Source: Deferribacterales bacterium (GTDB taxonomy: Bacteria; Chrysiogenota; Deferribacteres; Deferribacterales; Geovibrionaceae). Taken from it: 64,000 nucleotides of DNA. Shown here piece by piece: positions 61,260 to 64,000 of the stretch. Below the pieces are notes generated by a model that saw only the letters and a list, made by a program, of their open reading frames with translations, searched no databases and had not been told where the DNA came from. Each line of letters begins with the position of its first letter. Within the stretch, counting starts at the first letter, position 1. The stretch is taken from positions 416,001 to 480,000 of the forward strand of contig JBFWJS010000001.1 of NCBI GenBank assembly GCA_050253075.1, read 5' to 3'. The position numbers and the translations under genes are program-made.

Positions 61260-61332
61260 GCGGGTGTAGCTCAGCTGGTAGAGCGCGACCTTGCCAAGGT
61301 TGAGGTCGCCGGTTCGAGTCCGGTCACCCGCT
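61260..61332 (+). tRNA. tRNA-Gly(GCC)
   Basis: GCGGGTG/CACCCGC and anticodon loop TTGCCAA. Confidence 0.97.
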
Positions 61333-61359
61333 TTTCCATATATCTAAGGAGAAATTATC

Positions 61360-62718
61360 ATGAAAGTTACTGTAGCAGATGGGGAGAAGTCTCAAAAAAT
61401 ACTCGACGTAGAGATTCCTGCTGAAACATACAAAGAAGTATTCGAAGCAGAGCTCAAAAAAGTTATAAAAGACATAAAGATCCAGGGATTCCGCCAGGGT
61501 AAAGCTCCTAGAGAAGTTGTCCTTAAAGAAAAAGGTCACGTTGTTCGTGTTCAGGCTCTTGAGATGGTTGTTAACGACTCTGTTAAGAACGCTATCGAGC
61601 AGAACGAGATCAGAGCAATGGGACAGCCCGAAGTAAAAGACGTTAAATTCGAAGACGATGACAGCCCGATATCTTTCAAAGTATACGTGGATGTCTTCCC
61701 TGCATTCGAAGTTACAAACTATAAAGGTTTCGAATTTACAAAAGAGATGAACGAAGTTACAGACGAAGACCTCGACACAGTTCTTCAGAACCTTCGTGAC
61801 CGTCAGGGCGCATTCGAGCCACTCGAAGGCGAAGGCGTAGAAGTTGCAATGGGCGATCAGGCTCTTATGGACTTCGAAGGCTCTATGAACGGCGAGATCA
61901 TCCCTAATGCATGTGCTAAAGACTTCGCTCTTGAGATCGGTTCCGGACAGTTCGTTCCCGGATTCGAAGAGCAGTGTGTAGGCATCAAAAAAGGCGAGAC
62001 AAAAGACATCGTCGTAACATTCCCTGAGCAGTATCAGGAACCATCAATGGCAGGCCAGCCTGTTACATTTAAAATAACAATCAACGAAGTTAAAAGAAAA
62101 GTCACTCCTGAGCTTGATGATGAATTTGCTAAAGATGTTAACGAGAAGTATGAAACTCTCGCAGACCTCAAAGCAGACATCAAAAAAGACCTCGAGATGG
62201 AAGCTGAAGAGATGGCTAAAGACTCCGTTTACAATAATATGCTCGATAAGCTGATCGAAGAGAACCCTTTTGAGGTTCCGGCTGTCATGGTTAGAGAGCA
62301 GGCTGAAAGACTCGTCGATCAGCAGCTTCGTCAGTACGCTATGTACGGCATCGATCCGGCTCAGATGGGCATAGATAAAAGAGCTCTCGTAGAGCAGAGC
62401 TTACCTATCGCTGAAAAGCAGGTTAAGTCCGCTCTTATCATAAACAAAGTCGGTGATGTTGAGAAAATCAACCCTACTGACGAAGATGTCGAGAAATCTC
62501 TCGATGAATACGCTGAAAAGTATGGTAAAACTAAAGATGAACTGAAAAAGGAACTGGAACAGTACGGCGGTCTGCAGTCATTCCAGAACACTGTGTTCAC
62601 AAACATGGTCTATGATCTCCTTCAGAAAGAGAACAAGGTCGTGGAAAAAGTAATAACTAAAGCCGAAAGAGATGCCAAAGTGGCTGCGGCTGCTAAAGAG
62701 GCCGGCAAGGAAGCGTAA
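61360..62718 (+). CDS. tig: Trigger factor
   Basis: GFRQGKAP ribosome-binding motif and FKBP domain (FVPGFEE, FPEQY). Confidence 0.97.
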   Translation: MKVTVADGEKSQKILDVEIPAETYKEVFEAELKKVIKDIKIQGFRQGKAPREVVLKEKGHVVRVQALEMVVNDSVKNAIEQNEIRAMGQPEVKDVKFEDDDSPISFKVYVDVFPAFEVTNYKGFEFTKEMNEVTDEDLDTVLQNLRDRQGAFEPLEGEGVEVAMGDQALMDFEGSMNGEIIPNACAKDFALEIGSGQFVPGFEEQCVGIKKGETKDIVVTFPEQYQEPSMAGQPVTFKITINEVKRKVTPELDDEFAKDVNEKYETLADLKADIKKDLEMEAEEMAKDSVYNNMLDKLIEENPFEVPAVMVREQAERLVDQQLRQYAMYGIDPAQMGIDKRALVEQSLPIAEKQVKSALIINKVGDVEKINPTDEDVEKSLDEYAEKYGKTKDELKKELEQYGGLQSFQNTVFTNMVYDLLQKENKVVEKVITKAERDAKVAAAAKEAGKEA

Positions 62719-62722
62719 AACT

Positions 62723-63310
62723 ATGAGCTACTACGTACCTTACGTAATAGAGCAGACAGGCAGGGGCGAAAGGTCTTACGACATTTATTCCCGTCTGCTT
62801 AAAGACAGAATCATATTCTTAGGCTCTCAGGTAGAGAGCAACATGGCTAACTCCATCGTTGCACAGCTTCTCTTCCTGGAGGCGGACGATCCAGATAAAG
62901 ATATTTTTCTTTATATAAACTCACCGGGCGGTTCTGTCAGCGACGGACTCGCTATATTCGATACTATGCAGTACATAAAACCGGATGTATCAACTATATG
63001 CATCGGTCAGGCTGCCAGTATGGGAGCTGTTCTGCTTGCGGCAGGGGCAAAGGGCAAAAGATTTGCCGTGCCTAACGCCAGAGTAATGATCCATCAGGTG
63101 ATGGGCGGTGCTCAGGGGCAGGCTACGGATATAGAGATCCAGGCAAAAGAGATACTTCGCATCAAAAAAGTTCTTAACGACATACTTGTTGATGCCACAG
63201 GCAAAAGCTATGAGCAGATAGAGAAAGATTCCGACAGGGATTACTTCATGTCTGCAGAAGAGGCTAAAGCATATGGCATTATAGACGATGTTATCACCAA
63301 TAGAGCTTGA
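62723..63310 (+). CDS. clpP: ATP-dependent Clp protease proteolytic subunit
   Basis: [28 protein letters not shown] and DRD. ATG at 62723. Confidence 0.98.
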   Translation: MSYYVPYVIEQTGRGERSYDIYSRLLKDRIIFLGSQVESNMANSIVAQLLFLEADDPDKDIFLYINSPGGSVSDGLAIFDTMQYIKPDVSTICIGQAASMGAVLLAAGAKGKRFAVPNARVMIHQVMGGAQGQATDIEIQAKEILRIKKVLNDILVDATGKSYEQIEKDSDRDYFMSAEEAKAYGIIDDVITNRA

Positions 63311-63372
63311 TATTTTGATATTAGAACTTATCTTAATTGAGAAATTCTAGCATTTACCCGAGGTGAACATTT

Positions 63373-64000
63373 ATGGCTAAAGGAAAAAAAGAGACTCTCT
63401 CCTGTTCTTTCTGCGGAAAGAGCCAGGACGAGGTTAAAAAACTCATAGCAGGTCCGAACGTATTCATTTGTAATGAGTGCATCGAGCTCTGTAATGAGAT
63501 ACTGAAAGAAGACCTCGAGGAAATCGGCGGCGACGAACAAGTTTTCAATCTGCTCACACCGGCAGAATTAAAGAATAAACTGGACGAATACGTTATCGGT
63601 CAGCAGTCTGCGAAGAAGATACTCTCTGTCGCAGTGCACAACCACTACAAGCGTGTTCTCCACGGTAAAAAATCAGAAGTGGAGCTCGAAAAGAGCAACA
63701 TCCTTCTCCTCGGACCTACAGGTACGGGTAAGACACTCCTTGCGAGAACACTTGCACGTATACTGAATGTTCCGTTCGCTATAGCAGACGCTACAACACT
63801 CACAGAGGCAGGATATGTCGGTGAGGATGTTGAGAACGTTGTGCTTAAGCTCCTTCAGAATGCCGATTATGATGTTGAGCGTACCCAGAAGGGTATCATC
63901 TTCATTGACGAGATAGACAAGATTTCCAAGAAAGGTGATTCCCCTTCTATCACTCGCGACGTTTCAGGCGAGGGTGTTCAGCAGGCTCTGCTGAAGATCA
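63373..64000 (+). CDS. clpX: ATP-dependent Clp protease ATP-binding subunit ClpX (partial, runs off the right edge)
   Basis: Manual translation: CSFCGK...ICNEC zinc finger, [30 protein letters not shown] and [14 protein letters not shown]. Confidence 0.97.
   Translation, partial: MAKGKKETLSCSFCGKSQDEVKKLIAGPNVFICNECIELCNEILKEDLEEIGGDEQVFNLLTPAELKNKLDEYVIGQQSAKKILSVAVHNHYKRVLHGKKSEVELEKSNILLLGPTGTGKTLLARTLARILNVPFAIADATTLTEAGYVGEDVENVVLKLLQNADYDVERTQKGIIFIDEIDKISKKGDSPSITRDVSGEGVQQALLKI

Overview
A mostly core-genome window from a motile, Gram-negative bacterium. Gene content and order suggest an anaerobe such as a Deferribacterota member (Denitrovibrio/Geovibrio-like), but this is inference only. 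1-15.1 kb (minus strand) is a flagellar and chemotaxis operon (fliR-flhB-flhA-flhF-flhG-orf-fliA-cheB-fliM-fliY/N-cheY-cheZ-cheA). It ends in three overlapping uncharacterised genes: a small exported protein, a multidomain OmpA/MotB-type protein and a protein resembling a catalytically dead Mrr-like nuclease fold. 15.2-31.7 kb (plus strand) carries mqnC, a GAF histidine kinase, DUF342/FapA, uvrA, an amidase, glmU, a manC-like gene, then recA-pilT-recX-rplI-dnaB and a sugar epimerase. 31.7-38.8 kb (minus strand) holds cobB-HIT-lapA-lapB-mutS and neighbours, followed by CIRCE-controlled groES-groEL. The only accessory patch is about 41.2-46.1 kb: an internally deleted IS3 element, an AT-rich glucuronyl C5-epimerase-like gene with a large domain insertion, a possible IS200 relic, and wbpO/wbpD-like sugar genes. 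The rest contains signalling genes, leuCD, glyS-ppdK, four tRNAs and tig-clpP-clpX. Five copies of a CGTC-type REP-like palindrome lie in intergenic spaces. No CRISPR array, prophage or rRNA was seen. All calls come from reading motifs by eye, and no database search was run.
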